DNA from: an uncultured Candidatus Bathyarchaeia archaeon
GTDB taxonomy: Archaea; Thermoproteota; Bathyarchaeia; 40CM-2-53-6
DNA: 64,000 nt
Direction of reading: 5' to 3'
Assembly: GCA_964598845.1 (NCBI GenBank)
Contig: CAZRDM010000005.1
Span: 32,765-96,764 of the forward strand
The position numbers and the translations under genes were made by a program. The notes under the pieces were generated by a model, which had not been told where the DNA came from, did not search any database, and saw only the letters and a list, made by a program, of their open reading frames with translations. Below, one piece after another: positions 10,036 through 20,672 of this stretch. Position 1 is the stretch's first letter. Each line of letters starts with the position of its first letter.

Positions 10036-11160
10036 TTGCAAGCCAAGTCCATTGGTTTCTGTGGATGCTTTCTCTTTGGAGATCATGCATTAGATGGAGC
10101 TGCAGATTTCTGTCGGGAAATCGGAGTGGAAGAGAGAAATGCTGTTCTGATCAACGATGTGAACACTTGGAAGATCGCGGGCGAGAGGCTTTCGAAGTCC
10201 CTGATGGAATCAGGATTTGAACGGGTTGAGACGACTATCGTGGAGAAAGGGGCTGTGAGGTCGGAGGTTGATAAAGCGCGCGAAAAGCTCCGAACACTGA
10301 AGCCCTGTATTGTATTTGGCGTTGGTGGAGGAGTCAATATGGACATCTCGAAGGCTTCGGGCTTTCTGGAGAATGTAAATTGGATTACTGTTCCGACGAT
10401 CTTTTCGACGGATGCGATGACCGGCATCAATGCGACATTCAGGGAGGAGGAGAGAGGCGTTGACGGGAAAGCCCATGAGGCCGACTACGATTTGACTGTT
10501 GGTCCCCCCTTGGCTTGCATAGTAGACACAGATATCATAAGAGAAGCGCCATGGAGATTCCAGGCAGCCGGATTTGCCGACTACATTGCTAAGGTCTGCG
10601 CTGTAGAAGACTGGAATTATGCCTATTCACATGGGAAGGAACGCATTCACAGCGAGTATGCGCTCATGCTTGCAAGAGCTCAAGCAGAGTACCTCATCAA
10701 GAATGCCTCGCGAATAAGGAGAAAGGAAGAGCCGGCTTTCAACGCATTTCTGTTAGCCATGATGAACGACGGCTTTCTCACCCAGATGGCGGGAAGTTCA
10801 AGAATCTTGTTCGGAAGCGAACACGCTGTGGCGCAAGGTTTGATGGAGGAACAAGCTCATGCCAATGTAAGAGGACTGCATGGAGAGCAAGTAGCCGTGG
10901 GAACAATCCTGATGGCGTACCTGCAAGGCCAGGATTGGATGGCGGTAAAGAAGGCTCTGGAGGAGATCGGATCCCCGGTGACAGCAGAACAGATCGGGCT
11001 GAACGATGAGGCCGTAAGCAGAGCTCTAATTAGAGCTAGGACAATAAACGAAGCTTGGTTACGCGAACGCCCAGACATCTATACAATCCTGATGGAAAAG
11101 CCTCTTACCGAAGAATTTGCCAAGAAGATCGCGACGGAAACAGGAGTCACCAAAGCCTAG
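10036..11160 (+). CDS. Dehydroquinate-synthase-fold NAD(P)-dependent dehydrogenase (glycerol-1-phosphate dehydrogenase / iron-containing ADH family)
   Basis: GVGGGVNMDISK glycine-rich motif and the overall DHQS-like/Fe-ADH architecture. The N-terminal 30-40 aa are probably an ORF-caller extension. Confidence 0.5.
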   Translation: MQAKSIGFCGCFLFGDHALDGAADFCREIGVEERNAVLINDVNTWKIAGERLSKSLMESGFERVETTIVEKGAVRSEVDKAREKLRTLKPCIVFGVGGGVNMDISKASGFLENVNWITVPTIFSTDAMTGINATFREEERGVDGKAHEADYDLTVGPPLACIVDTDIIREAPWRFQAAGFADYIAKVCAVEDWNYAYSHGKERIHSEYALMLARAQAEYLIKNASRIRRKEEPAFNAFLLAMMNDGFLTQMAGSSRILFGSEHAVAQGLMEEQAHANVRGLHGEQVAVGTILMAYLQGQDWMAVKKALEEIGSPVTAEQIGLNDEAVSRALIRARTINEAWLRERPDIYTILMEKPLTEEFAKKIATETGVTKA

Positions 11161-11475
11161 AGTGATAGCGGTCTACTTTTCCGGCTTCCGTTGCACAAAT
11201 CTGTGGGTGTGAGGAGCGTGGTTCCAGAGAAAAAACTCGGTCTCCTAGTTAACCCCATCATCAGGTTACATCAGGGTTGTAACGGACTATCTATTTCGTG
11301 AGGTCAAACTAGGATTTTTCATGCAACAATTCGTGTGCTGCCAATTTGCTGGCGATTCGCTGACACACCCGCTATCGTCTTGCCGCTAAGATTCACCGCA
11401 ACTTGACTGTGACGTTCGCTAGGCCAAAAGAAAAATGATGACGTCTTATAAGCGCCTATCAGCCTAGTCCGAAGA

Positions 11476-12870
11476 TTGTGGCGAAACCGCTTGCTTATCC
11501 ACCCATACATACCGAATAGTGACCTAGAAACAAAGAAAGAGATGCTTCGCGAAATCGGTGTGAAGAGCGCCGAAGAACTCTTTGCAGATATTCCCGAGAA
11601 AATAAGGTACAACAAGAGACTAAACCTACCGCCTCCAAAATCGGAATACGAAGTAAGAAGGCATGTTGAAAGTCTCCTATCAAGAAACAAAACTTCCGGT
11701 GAGCTAGTCTCTTTCTTGGGAGCTGGTTGTTGGCCTCACTATGTGCCAGCTGTCTGTGACGAGATCAATTCGCGATCAGAGTTCCTGACAGCTTACGCTG
11801 GTGACGTATATACCGACCTTGGAAGATACCAAGCATTCTTTGAGTTTCAGAGTATGATCGGCGAGCTTGTCGCGATGGATGTTGTGAGTTTCCCATGGTA
11901 CGACTGGGGAACAGTTGCTGGCGACGCCGCTCGCATGGCGTTGATGATTACCGATCGGCACGAGATTCTGGTTCCGAGAACAATGAGTCCCGAACGACTG
12001 GCCATCTTGCAGACTTACTGTGAAGGTCAAGCGGACATCAAGCTGATCAACAATGATCATGAGAGCGGGCAAATCAGCCTTGAGGATTTGAAAAGCAAGA
12101 TATCATCGAAGACCGCAGCAGTATACATAGAGAACCCAACATACCTCGGTTTTATCGAAACCGAAGCAGATGAGGTCTCCCACATTGCTCACCAATATGG
12201 AGCTCTGTTCATAGTAGGGGTTGAACCCCTATCATTGGGCCTTCTGACGCCCCCCGGCGAATACGGAGCAGACATAGTGTGCGGTGAAGGACAGCCTCTC
12301 GGGATGCATATGTATTTTGGAGGTGCGCTCTTGGGGTTCTTGGCATGCAGAGATGACGAGAAGCTCATGTCAACAGTTCCTCACAGGCTGATAACGATAA
12401 CCAAGACCGCGACGAAAGGAGAATGGGGATTCACCTACGTTCTCCCTGAAAGAACCATGTTCGCCGCCAGGGAAAAGGCCAAGTCCTTTACAGGCACGGC
12501 GACAGCTCTCTGGGCGATTACAGCTGCGGTCTATCTTTCACTTCTCGGACCTAAAGGAATACGAGAACTTGCACAGGTTATCATGGAGAAATCGCATTAC
12601 GCGATCAAACGGGTATCTGAGATCAGGGGTGTGAAGGTTCCTGCATTCAAGGCGTCTCATTTCAAGGAGTTCACCGTGAATTTCGATTCTTCAAGGAAGT
12701 CTGTAGAAGAAATAAACAGGAAGCTTCTCCAGTCCGAGATCATCGGTGGAAAGGACATTTCGAAGGAATTCCCAGAGCTAGGAAACACTTCATTGTTCTG
12801 TGTGACCGAGATACATAGCCGAGCTGATATCGACAAGCTTGCCGCCGCGCTTCAGGAGGCGCTTCAATGA
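11476..12870 (+). CDS. gcvPA: glycine dehydrogenase (decarboxylating) subunit 1
   Basis: HPYIPNSD N-terminus and a full-length GcvPA-like sequence. The stop overlaps the gcvPB start (ATGA). Confidence 0.9.
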   Translation: MWRNRLLIHPYIPNSDLETKKEMLREIGVKSAEELFADIPEKIRYNKRLNLPPPKSEYEVRRHVESLLSRNKTSGELVSFLGAGCWPHYVPAVCDEINSRSEFLTAYAGDVYTDLGRYQAFFEFQSMIGELVAMDVVSFPWYDWGTVAGDAARMALMITDRHEILVPRTMSPERLAILQTYCEGQADIKLINNDHESGQISLEDLKSKISSKTAAVYIENPTYLGFIETEADEVSHIAHQYGALFIVGVEPLSLGLLTPPGEYGADIVCGEGQPLGMHMYFGGALLGFLACRDDEKLMSTVPHRLITITKTATKGEWGFTYVLPERTMFAAREKAKSFTGTATALWAITAAVYLSLLGPKGIRELAQVIMEKSHYAIKRVSEIRGVKVPAFKASHFKEFTVNFDSSRKSVEEINRKLLQSEIIGGKDISKEFPELGNTSLFCVTEIHSRADIDKLAAALQEALQ

Positions 12871-14429
12871 CACCAAGAGAAATCGGCGGATATCACGCTG
12901 TAGCATGGAAAGAACCGATCATCTATCAATTGGGAAGAGAGGGCAGAAGGGGCTATCGGGTACCACCCGTCGAGGAAGAGATCAAGGCAACAGTGGGAGA
13001 TGTTGTATCCCGTCTACCCGACAAGATGCGAAGAAAAATGCCTCCAGACCTCCCCGAACTGTCGGAACCTGAGGTTGTGAGGCACTTTCTCCGGCTGTCT
13101 CAGCAAACCTACGGCGTCGACACAGGAATCCACATCCACGGAACTTGCACGATGAAATACAGCCCCAAGATAAACGAGGCAGTCTCTAGGTCACCCAAGA
13201 TCGCTGAGCTCCACCCGCTCCAAGATCCTGAAACTGTTCAAGGCATCTTGCGGATAATGTATGAGTTCCAAACGTGGTTGTGTGAACTTTCCGGGATGGA
13301 TGAGTTCTCCTTGCAGCCGCGTGGAGGCGCACACGCAGTATTCAGTAATGCCCACATCATCAGGGCGTATCATAAGCTGAAGGGAGAACTGGACCAGAGA
13401 AACGAGATGATCACGACTGTCCTGTCTCATCCCTGCAATGGAGGTTCACCTGCTGCAGCAGGCTTCAAAGTTGTAACATTGTATCCGGATGAAGAGACGG
13501 GTTACCCGGACATCGAGGCTCTAAAGGCTGCAGTCTCGAAGCGGACAGCGGGCCTAATGATGACAGACCCCTACGACACCGGTGTATTCGACAGCAACAT
13601 CGAAGAGTACGTCAAGATTATTCACGAAGCAGGCGGACTGGTCGCGATAGATCAGGCCAACGCTAATTCCATTCTGGGTAGGCTTAGGATCGGAGATGTA
13701 GGCGTCGACCTATGCCATTTCAACCTCCACAAGTCGTTCTCAACCCCCCATGCATCCACTGGTCCTGGCAGTGCCTCAATAGGGGCCAAGCAAGAACTCA
13801 GCAAGTTCCTTCCCATCCCCATAGTAAACTTCGACGGGAAGAACTACTATCTGGACCACAATAGGCCGCACAGCATAGGGAAGGTTGCAGAGTTCTACGG
13901 CGTTATACCAAACGTTCTAAGAGCTTACGCCTGGATAATGACGATGGGTGCAGAGGGAATACGAGAAGTATCGGAAGTAGCCGTCATAAACAACAACTAT
14001 CTCATAAACAGACTCATTGGAATTCGCGGGATAAGTCTGCCATGGCAGAAAGCTCATCCCTTTAGGTTGCAGGAGGCTAGGTTCAGCCTGCAGAAGTTGA
14101 AGGAAGACACAGGCGTCGGGGTTGGAGATGTCAATCGGAGGATAATTGATTTCGGTCTCCAAGACATGGAAACAAGTCATGAGCCGTGGATAATTCCCGA
14201 GCCTCTCACACCAGAACCTCCCGAGACAACTCCCAAGGAGGATCTTGACAGAATCGCTGAGGTGCTCCGCCGAATTTCAGATGAAGCGTACACAAATCCC
14301 GAAATTGTGAAGACGGCCCCTCATAATGCTGCAATATCAAGAATTGATCAAACCCCTTCATCCGAACCATCGAGATGGGCGATGACTTGGAGAGCCTACC
14401 TCAAGAAGATGAAGAGCGACAGGAAATGA
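12867..14429 (+). CDS. gcvPB: glycine dehydrogenase (decarboxylating) subunit 2
   Basis: 520 aa, PLP-dependent GcvPB-like (NLHKSFSTPH around the PLP lysine), immediately downstream of gcvPA. Confidence 0.9.
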   Translation: MTPREIGGYHAVAWKEPIIYQLGREGRRGYRVPPVEEEIKATVGDVVSRLPDKMRRKMPPDLPELSEPEVVRHFLRLSQQTYGVDTGIHIHGTCTMKYSPKINEAVSRSPKIAELHPLQDPETVQGILRIMYEFQTWLCELSGMDEFSLQPRGGAHAVFSNAHIIRAYHKLKGELDQRNEMITTVLSHPCNGGSPAAAGFKVVTLYPDEETGYPDIEALKAAVSKRTAGLMMTDPYDTGVFDSNIEEYVKIIHEAGGLVAIDQANANSILGRLRIGDVGVDLCHFNLHKSFSTPHASTGPGSASIGAKQELSKFLPIPIVNFDGKNYYLDHNRPHSIGKVAEFYGVIPNVLRAYAWIMTMGAEGIREVSEVAVINNNYLINRLIGIRGISLPWQKAHPFRLQEARFSLQKLKEDTGVGVGDVNRRIIDFGLQDMETSHEPWIIPEPLTPEPPETTPKEDLDRIAEVLRRISDEAYTNPEIVKTAPHNAAISRIDQTPSSEPSRWAMTWRAYLKKMKSDRK

Positions 14430-15229
14430 AGCTTGCAGATAGAGTTGCGATAGTGACAGGCGCATGGCGTGGTATAGGCGGAGGCGTAGCCAAAGTCCTA
14501 GCTGAGCACGGCGCATGTGTCGTCCTCACAGACAGGGAAAACGCCGTCGAAGATGCTGCTGCAAATCTCTCGAAAGCTGGTTTCAGTGCAATCGCCTTCA
14601 GAATGGACGTGACGAATGCGGATCGGGTGAATAACGTAGCTGAGCAAGTCCTCAGCAGGTTCGGAAGGATAGACATCCTTGTCAACAATGCAGGAATCTA
14701 TCCACGATGCAACTTGATCGAAATGTCGGATGATTTTCTGCAGAGGATGTTTGATGTTAACGTCTTTGGAATGTTCAGATGTGTTAGGGCGGTCATCCCT
14801 GTGATGATGAGACAGAAGTATGGGAAAATAGTGAATATGTCCTCCGTCACGGGACCGATGGTCGGCGATCCTTCGGGAGGGCAGACCGCTTACGCGGCAA
14901 CGAAGGCAGCGGTTTTGGGCTTTACGAAAGCATTGGCCTTGGAAGTGGCTCAGTATGGCATAAATGTGAACTGCATTTGCCCAGGGCACATCGACACTCC
15001 AGGAGGGAGAGAACAAACCTCTGAACCTAGCTTTCCAGATAAGAGCGTGGACGAGTTAGGTCACACAATTCCGATGTGCAGAGTTGGTACACCGGAAGAA
15101 GTCGGAGAACTAGTTGCATTCCTAGTTTCTGATGAATCGAAGTACATGACAGGGGCACACATAGTAATTGACGGTGGAAACATCATACAGGAAACGTACC
15201 GCGGCCCCTACACGCCCAAGCACAGCTAG
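14426..15229 (+). CDS. SDR family oxidoreductase
   Basis: VTGAWRGIGGG, NNAG, and YAATKAA motifs. The start ATG at 14426 overlaps the gcvPB stop (ATGA); the ORF-track start at 14375 is an upstream extension. Confidence 0.8.
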   Translation: MKLADRVAIVTGAWRGIGGGVAKVLAEHGACVVLTDRENAVEDAAANLSKAGFSAIAFRMDVTNADRVNNVAEQVLSRFGRIDILVNNAGIYPRCNLIEMSDDFLQRMFDVNVFGMFRCVRAVIPVMMRQKYGKIVNMSSVTGPMVGDPSGGQTAYAATKAAVLGFTKALALEVAQYGINVNCICPGHIDTPGGREQTSEPSFPDKSVDELGHTIPMCRVGTPEEVGELVAFLVSDESKYMTGAHIVIDGGNIIQETYRGPYTPKHS

Positions 15230-15276
15230 TGAGCCCAAGTTTCCTAACTGAACTTGCAAATGGTCGGGAAATGTGA

Positions 15277-16722
15277 TTGAAGGATGTTCTTCCAACGTGT
15301 CAGGTGCTAGGACGGAATGAGATGGATGTTCTCCATGATGCTTCGCTCGAGATTCTCGAAAATGTCGGAATGGTAGTTCTGGAGAAAACCTGTTACAAAC
15401 TGCTTGAGGACGCTGGGGCAATCGTTGATCCAGCTAGCAAGCTCGTGAAGATCTCAAGACATCTTGTTGAGGAGGGTCTCAAGAAAACACCCAAAGGAGG
15501 AAGAGTCCACTTTGCGAGAATTTCAAAGTACGATTTCAAGACCGGGGAAGGTCAACTTTTCTTCAGAGGCGGTACCCTCGGACCCCATCTAATTGACATA
15601 GAAACCGGTGCTCATAGGTCGGCTACTCGAAAGGATTTCGTGAACCTTGTGAAATTCTTGGACGCTATGGACACTATTCATGCTGTGATGTTTCCTTGTG
15701 CCCCTTGCGATGTTTCGGCGGAATCCTTCTCTCAGCAGCTAGCTACGCTGACCTTGGAAAACACAGCTAAGCCGATAGGTGTTGTAGCTCACGGGAAGAA
15801 GAGCGCTAGAGACATCATTAGACTATCTACGGCCGTTGCAGGAGGAATCGAAGAACTCACCAAACGACCAATACTACAGCTTCTTTGCGAACCTCTTAGC
15901 CCGTTGAAGTTGGACGAGAGGCAAGGCGAGAATCTAGTAGAATTTGCCGAGCACAAGCTCCCAGTTGAAATAGCGAGTATGCCTGCTATGTGTTCTACTG
16001 CTCCGGCAACTATGGCGGCAACAATAGCTCAGCTCAACGCTGAACATCTATGCATGATCCTAATTGCTCAGCTTATCAACCCGGGAACTCCAATCTCGCT
16101 CAATGCATGCGCGGGTTGTATGGATCCAAGGACTGGGACGAACACTTACGGAGCTGTCGAGAGGGTGTTGCTTAACGCGGCGGTCGTGCAGCTTTGGCGG
16201 TCCTACTATGGGATAGAGACCTACGCTAGCGCTGCGCTCACGGACTCAAAGTTACCTGATGAGCAAGCTGGCTATGAGAGAATGATGAACATGCTATTGC
16301 CGGCTCTGGCGGGACTCGACATGATTACAACGCTCGGCTACCTGGAATCATACCTGACCATCAGCTTTGAGCAGATACTGATCGATAATGAGATCGCGAG
16401 CATGATCCTAAGAATACTGAGGGGAGTTGAAATCAACGAGGAAACCCTAGCCTTGGACGTGATTGAAAAGGTTGGGCCTGGACAACACTTCTTGGCTGAG
16501 AAACACACCCTGCGACACGTGAACGAACTGCTACTGCCCAAACTCGCCAACAGAAGTACGAGAGCAGATTGGGAGCGCGGCGGAGGAAGAGACATAGCAG
16601 GCCTTGCTAGGGAGAGAGCAAGACTGACCCTAGAAGCTCACGAGCCGGAGCCGCTCGAGAAAGATATCCGCAAGAAATTGCATGAAATGTCAAGAGAAAT
16701 GGCTATCGATTCCCGCGATTGA
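15277..16722 (+). CDS. MttB-superfamily methyltransferase (trimethylamine/glycine-betaine methyltransferase family, non-pyrrolysine type)
   Basis: 481 aa with the N-terminal LHDASLEILENVGMVV signature of the MttB family and no in-frame TAG. It is a paralog of the 24850 gene. Confidence 0.75.
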   Translation: MKDVLPTCQVLGRNEMDVLHDASLEILENVGMVVLEKTCYKLLEDAGAIVDPASKLVKISRHLVEEGLKKTPKGGRVHFARISKYDFKTGEGQLFFRGGTLGPHLIDIETGAHRSATRKDFVNLVKFLDAMDTIHAVMFPCAPCDVSAESFSQQLATLTLENTAKPIGVVAHGKKSARDIIRLSTAVAGGIEELTKRPILQLLCEPLSPLKLDERQGENLVEFAEHKLPVEIASMPAMCSTAPATMAATIAQLNAEHLCMILIAQLINPGTPISLNACAGCMDPRTGTNTYGAVERVLLNAAVVQLWRSYYGIETYASAALTDSKLPDEQAGYERMMNMLLPALAGLDMITTLGYLESYLTISFEQILIDNEIASMILRILRGVEINEETLALDVIEKVGPGQHFLAEKHTLRHVNELLLPKLANRSTRADWERGGGRDIAGLARERARLTLEAHEPEPLEKDIRKKLHEMSREMAIDSRD

Positions 16723-16851
16723 ACCGTCTCACTTGTTATGCGGCGAAGCATTCTGATCAGTGCTCCTCCGCGGGGTGGAGGCGCACAGCGTCTTGCAGAT
16801 TACGAAGTCATGACGCGTGAACCAATTCGATGATGAAAATGAACGAGTTGA

Positions 16852-18720
16852 CTAGCGTGAGGCTAGGTCTGCTAGTCCCAATTCATCGATAGTTGCCTTG
16901 CTCGGTCTACCCTCCTCATTCCAATCCCAAAGTCGATAGTACTCTGAGAGCATTCGCTCGAAGTCTCGCTGACTCACTGTCTTGCCTTTTGCAGTGCCAT
17001 CAGGCAGTGGGTCAAGGTACATACGGGGGGGCATCGAATCATCCTTTCTCGAGAAACCCTCTCTGATGTTGAAGAGTCGCGCCATCGTCCAGATGCGTTT
17101 TCCGATTGTCCTAAGCGTCTCTTCGGTATGGTCGGTTTCGCATGCCGCGTTTAGCAGTCTAGCGCAAAGGTTGAAGTTGGCAGCCAAGAAATCGCACATA
17201 GTGACACTCCATTTCACGCTAGTCCTGATTTGATCTTCTTTGACAAGTTCAGCCTTGCCTTCTGGCGTAAATGGGTCGAGCTTCCCAAACGCGTCGTAAC
17301 CTACCGGCCAAGCGCGGTTGTGATCTGCTCCTCTGTCCGCTGTCGCGTAGGCTAGTGCCATTCCGAATGTTCCTCGCGGGTCGTATCCAGGATACTCTAG
17401 TCCCTTGACGTGTAGGGCATATCTCTCGGAGTTCTTACCCACTGTTTTTGCGGCTCTTGCGACACCTTCAGCCAGAACATCCCCAATGCCTTTCCTTAGC
17501 GCGATCAGACGAGGCAGAGCTACGACTGCTTCAGAGTTTCCGAACTTGAGTTCTAAGCCATCCGTCTCCCTGTCAGTCAATATCCCTTTTTCGAAGAGTT
17601 CCATGGCCCAGCCGCAAAGGTATCCAGTTGATATTGTGTCGAGACCCATGTCTGAGCATTCCTCGTTGAACTTCATTATGACGCGGATGTCAGCGATCTC
17701 AATGTTGGAACCGCACATTGCGAGTGTTTCGTACTCCGGGCCCTCTCCTTCGAGATCAGCGTACCGTCCATCCTTGACTCTGGTTTCGTTGCGGCATCCG
17801 ATTGAGCAGCTGAAGCAGGTGGACGTATGCCTAACGACGATCTTATCGAACATTGCGTCAGCGTTTATCTGATCAGCTTCTTGGAAAACTCCCGACTGGA
17901 AATTCCTCGTCGGAAGTAGACCTGCGCCTTGGCTCGAGTCAACTATTGATGGCGTCCCTATCTTGATATATGATTCCTCGTCTGGGTTCTCGCGTATGTC
18001 TTTCTTGATAATCTCTCTAACCATCTCAAGGAAGTGAGCTTCTGAGTTAATGCTGAGTGATTTTGTCTGCTTCGTTCCGCGCGCTGAAATCGCTTTGAGG
18101 TTTTTGGAACCCATGACAGCACCGGTTCCTCCTCTTCCGGCGAAGTGGTGTTTGTCATATGCTATGGCCGCAAACCGTACCTTGTTTTCTCCTGCCGGGC
18201 CGATGCAGCCGATCTTTGGGCCGTCAATGTAATGTCTCGGAGTTTCACCGGACTCCTTGACGAGCAAGTCCGTCGTCTCGAATACACCCTTGCCCCAAAG
18301 ATGGCTTGCATCTCGAACCTCCGCGCGCCCATCCTTAATTGCCAGGTACACTGGCCTCGGTGATCGGCCGCTAATGATTACACCATCGAAGCCTGCGAAC
18401 TTCAGTTCCGCTGGAAAATATCCGCCTGAGTAGCTGTCACTCAACGTCCCGCTCAGAGGCGACTTCGTGACGTTTGCCATGCGGGACATGGTCGAGGCGA
18501 CGGTTCCTGTAAGAGGTCCTGTCATCAGTATTATTACGTTCTCGGGGGAGAAGGGGTCTATCCCAGGCCGCACAAAGTCATACAGGTATCTGATACCGAG
18601 TCCCTTTCCTCCAATGAATCTACTAGCCCATTCCTCTTTGAGAGACTCTTCACGCGTTTGACCTTTGGAGAGGTCCACACGGAGGATCTTCCCACAATAC
18701 GCGTATCCGAGCTTTATCAT
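16852..18720 (-). CDS. aldehyde:ferredoxin oxidoreductase (tungstopterin AOR family)
   Basis: 622 aa; N-terminal YxGKILRVDLSKG...GGKGLG and full-length AOR architecture. Confidence 0.9.
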   Translation of the reverse strand: MIKLGYAYCGKILRVDLSKGQTREESLKEEWASRFIGGKGLGIRYLYDFVRPGIDPFSPENVIILMTGPLTGTVASTMSRMANVTKSPLSGTLSDSYSGGYFPAELKFAGFDGVIISGRSPRPVYLAIKDGRAEVRDASHLWGKGVFETTDLLVKESGETPRHYIDGPKIGCIGPAGENKVRFAAIAYDKHHFAGRGGTGAVMGSKNLKAISARGTKQTKSLSINSEAHFLEMVREIIKKDIRENPDEESYIKIGTPSIVDSSQGAGLLPTRNFQSGVFQEADQINADAMFDKIVVRHTSTCFSCSIGCRNETRVKDGRYADLEGEGPEYETLAMCGSNIEIADIRVIMKFNEECSDMGLDTISTGYLCGWAMELFEKGILTDRETDGLELKFGNSEAVVALPRLIALRKGIGDVLAEGVARAAKTVGKNSERYALHVKGLEYPGYDPRGTFGMALAYATADRGADHNRAWPVGYDAFGKLDPFTPEGKAELVKEDQIRTSVKWSVTMCDFLAANFNLCARLLNAACETDHTEETLRTIGKRIWTMARLFNIREGFSRKDDSMPPRMYLDPLPDGTAKGKTVSQRDFERMLSEYYRLWDWNEEGRPSKATIDELGLADLASR

Positions 18721-18830
18721 TTAGATATCCCAGTATAGTATCGCAGACTCGATTAATTGTATTTTCGTAATGATAGAAAATAGTTGAAACGAGATCGCGG
18801 AGCAATACAAGCGGAACTTGTAGTACTGAC

Positions 18831-19112
18831 CTATCCACCGGCCACTGGCGGCATTATTGACAAGATACAATCATTAGTGAGAGATGTGTCGAAGCCCTGC
18901 AGCATGTGAATTGCCCTACCGTTCAGCAGGAATTGGAGGTGAGTTCGTGGGTCTTTCGTCTTCGGATCAAAAACATACTCCTTCAACGCATCGCCGTGCT
19001 TGTTCACAAGTGCTCTAAGTAGATCCATGACCGTAGCGGAATCTTCAATCTCCAATGTCTCTTCTCGCAAGCCTGCTATTTCGCGTGCGGAGGCGAAGTA
19101 TTTGATCCTCAC
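18831..19112 (-). CDS. MoaD/ThiS-family ubiquitin-like sulfur carrier (C-terminal GG)
   Basis: About 93 aa (a GTG start is preferred over the ORF-track extension). The ASAREIAG motif and terminal PPVAGG are typical of MoaD/SAMP. It lies adjacent to the AOR gene. Confidence 0.55.
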   Translation of the reverse strand: MRIKYFASAREIAGLREETLEIEDSATVMDLLRALVNKHGDALKEYVFDPKTKDPRTHLQFLLNGRAIHMLQGFDTSLTNDCILSIMPPVAGG

Positions 19113-19347
19113 TCGCAATGGACGCCACCTGCTGCTGATGCTGTTTTCGCATCTGCATGTCACATCACTTCTCCATAAATCTAATGAAAGATCATCTTTC
19201 CAGTCTTTCGCGTCCTAGGGGAGCCTAGGTCTTGGGCACTGCACCCTAGGATTCCGTCTTGGAAGACAGCCGCAGGTAACAACATCATACATGGCATATG
19301 CAGTAAAGACCAAAGTTTGAAGTACTCATCAGAAATACCTCGACCGA

Positions 19348-19638
19348 GTGCGGATTTTGAGTTACTTTGAACTTGTCAGGGGAATACCTGGGGAGCTTCA
19401 GGGGAAGGTCGCTGATAGCTTGGTCGATCTGATCCTCAACTCCTCAAATGCCTCTAAACTCTCCGGCAACTTGGCCAGGTCGATTCTGCGTCATTGGCAG
19501 AGTAACCAGCTCGCGACGGAATCGGGCTTGGCAACCTTGGTTGAGGCCTCGCTGCAGATTGAACCACAGAAAACATCGGAGGCATTCAGTGGACTCGGTC
19601 TGAGCGCGATAGCTGAGAGGTTGCGCGTCAAAGTGTAA
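19348..19638 (+). CDS. hypothetical small protein
   Basis: 96 aa ORF lying between annotated genes, with no recognisable family. Confidence 0.25.
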   Translation: MRILSYFELVRGIPGELQGKVADSLVDLILNSSNASKLSGNLARSILRHWQSNQLATESGLATLVEASLQIEPQKTSEAFSGLGLSAIAERLRVKV

Positions 19639-19654
19639 TTATGGGGTGTGAGGG

Positions 19655-20647
19655 ATGGTCGAATTTGGCATCGAGTTCGTTCCACAACATCCTTTCTGGA
19701 AAACCACCTTCTTGACCATGCAAGCTGAGAAGGTTGGATTTCGTTACGTCTGGATTACGGACCACTACAACAATCGCAACGTGTACGTCTCACTGAGCAT
19801 GGTAGCCAATTACACAGACAAGATAATCTTAGGACCGGGCGTGACAAATCCATATTTGTCGCATCCTGTCATCACAGCCCAAGCCGTGGCCTCGCTCGCT
19901 GAGATGGCACCCGGGAGAGTTGTATGCGGTCTTGGCGCGGGCGACAAGACAACCCTCAAGATGCTCAATGTGAGCCAAGAGAAGCCACTGGCCGCTATTA
20001 GAGAGTCCGTGGCGGTGATACGTGACCTTACTTCGGGCAAACCGGCTGAGGTAAAGGGTGAGGTGTTTAACGTCTCTGGCGCAAAATTCTTCTTCCAAGT
20101 TCCAGCTCCCGTGAAGGTATTCATCGGCGCTCAAGGTCCGAATATGCTGATGCTCGCGGGCGAGATCGGAGATGGGGTGCTAATCAATGCGTCACACCCG
20201 CGAGACATCGAAAACGCAGTCAAATATCTGAAAGACGGTGCCAGCAAGGCTGGCCGAGCTATCGCAGACGTAGCGGTGGCAGCCTATACCTCGTTCTCCA
20301 TCTCCACGGATCCTAAGAAAGCCGTTAAGGCGGTGACACCGGTAGTAGCGTACATTGTGGCGGGGTGTCCTCAATCTGTTCTTGACGTTCATGCAGTCTC
20401 GCGTGAATCCGCTGCCAAAATCCGGGATGGCATATCGCGGGGACAATGGAAGGATGCATTCGGCCAAGTTACGCCAGAGATGATCGAGGCGTTCTCGATA
20501 TGTGGGACACCTGATATATGCATCGGGAAGATCCACAACCTCGTAAAGCTGGGCGTAACCCAAATCGTCGTCGGGTCCCCGATAGGACCAAACATCCGCG
20601 AAGCGATAAGTCTCATCGGGGAAAATATTCTCCCGAAGTTTGCGTGA
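19655..20647 (+). CDS. mer: F420-dependent 5,10-methylene-H4MPT reductase
   Basis: The N-terminus FGIEFVP...VWITDHYNNRNVY...LGPGVTNPY...GLGAGDK is near-diagnostic for Mer within the LLM family; about 330 aa. Confidence 0.85.
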   Translation: MVEFGIEFVPQHPFWKTTFLTMQAEKVGFRYVWITDHYNNRNVYVSLSMVANYTDKIILGPGVTNPYLSHPVITAQAVASLAEMAPGRVVCGLGAGDKTTLKMLNVSQEKPLAAIRESVAVIRDLTSGKPAEVKGEVFNVSGAKFFFQVPAPVKVFIGAQGPNMLMLAGEIGDGVLINASHPRDIENAVKYLKDGASKAGRAIADVAVAAYTSFSISTDPKKAVKAVTPVVAYIVAGCPQSVLDVHAVSRESAAKIRDGISRGQWKDAFGQVTPEMIEAFSICGTPDICIGKIHNLVKLGVTQIVVGSPIGPNIREAISLIGENILPKFA

Positions 20648-20672
20648 ACACAGAGCATCCGGATACCCTCAG

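Noticed and set aside
11161-11475. Possible glycine riboswitch in the 315-bp leader of gcvPA
   Set aside because: No recognisable glycine-riboswitch conserved cores could be found by eye; only a small 6-bp hairpin (gttaca...tgtaac) is present. Glycine riboswitches are essentially bacterial.
12839-13072. 77-aa Arg-rich ORF overlapping the gcvPA/gcvPB junction
   Set aside because: It is an alternative frame of the gcvPB 5' region with extreme Arg/Ser bias and no independent support.
19213-19250. Three CCTAGG sites within 40 nt in the gap between the MoaD-like gene and ORF 19348
   Set aside because: It is a short palindromic hexamer recurring by chance in a small spacer. There is no extended repeat structure or flanking conservation to suggest a functional element.
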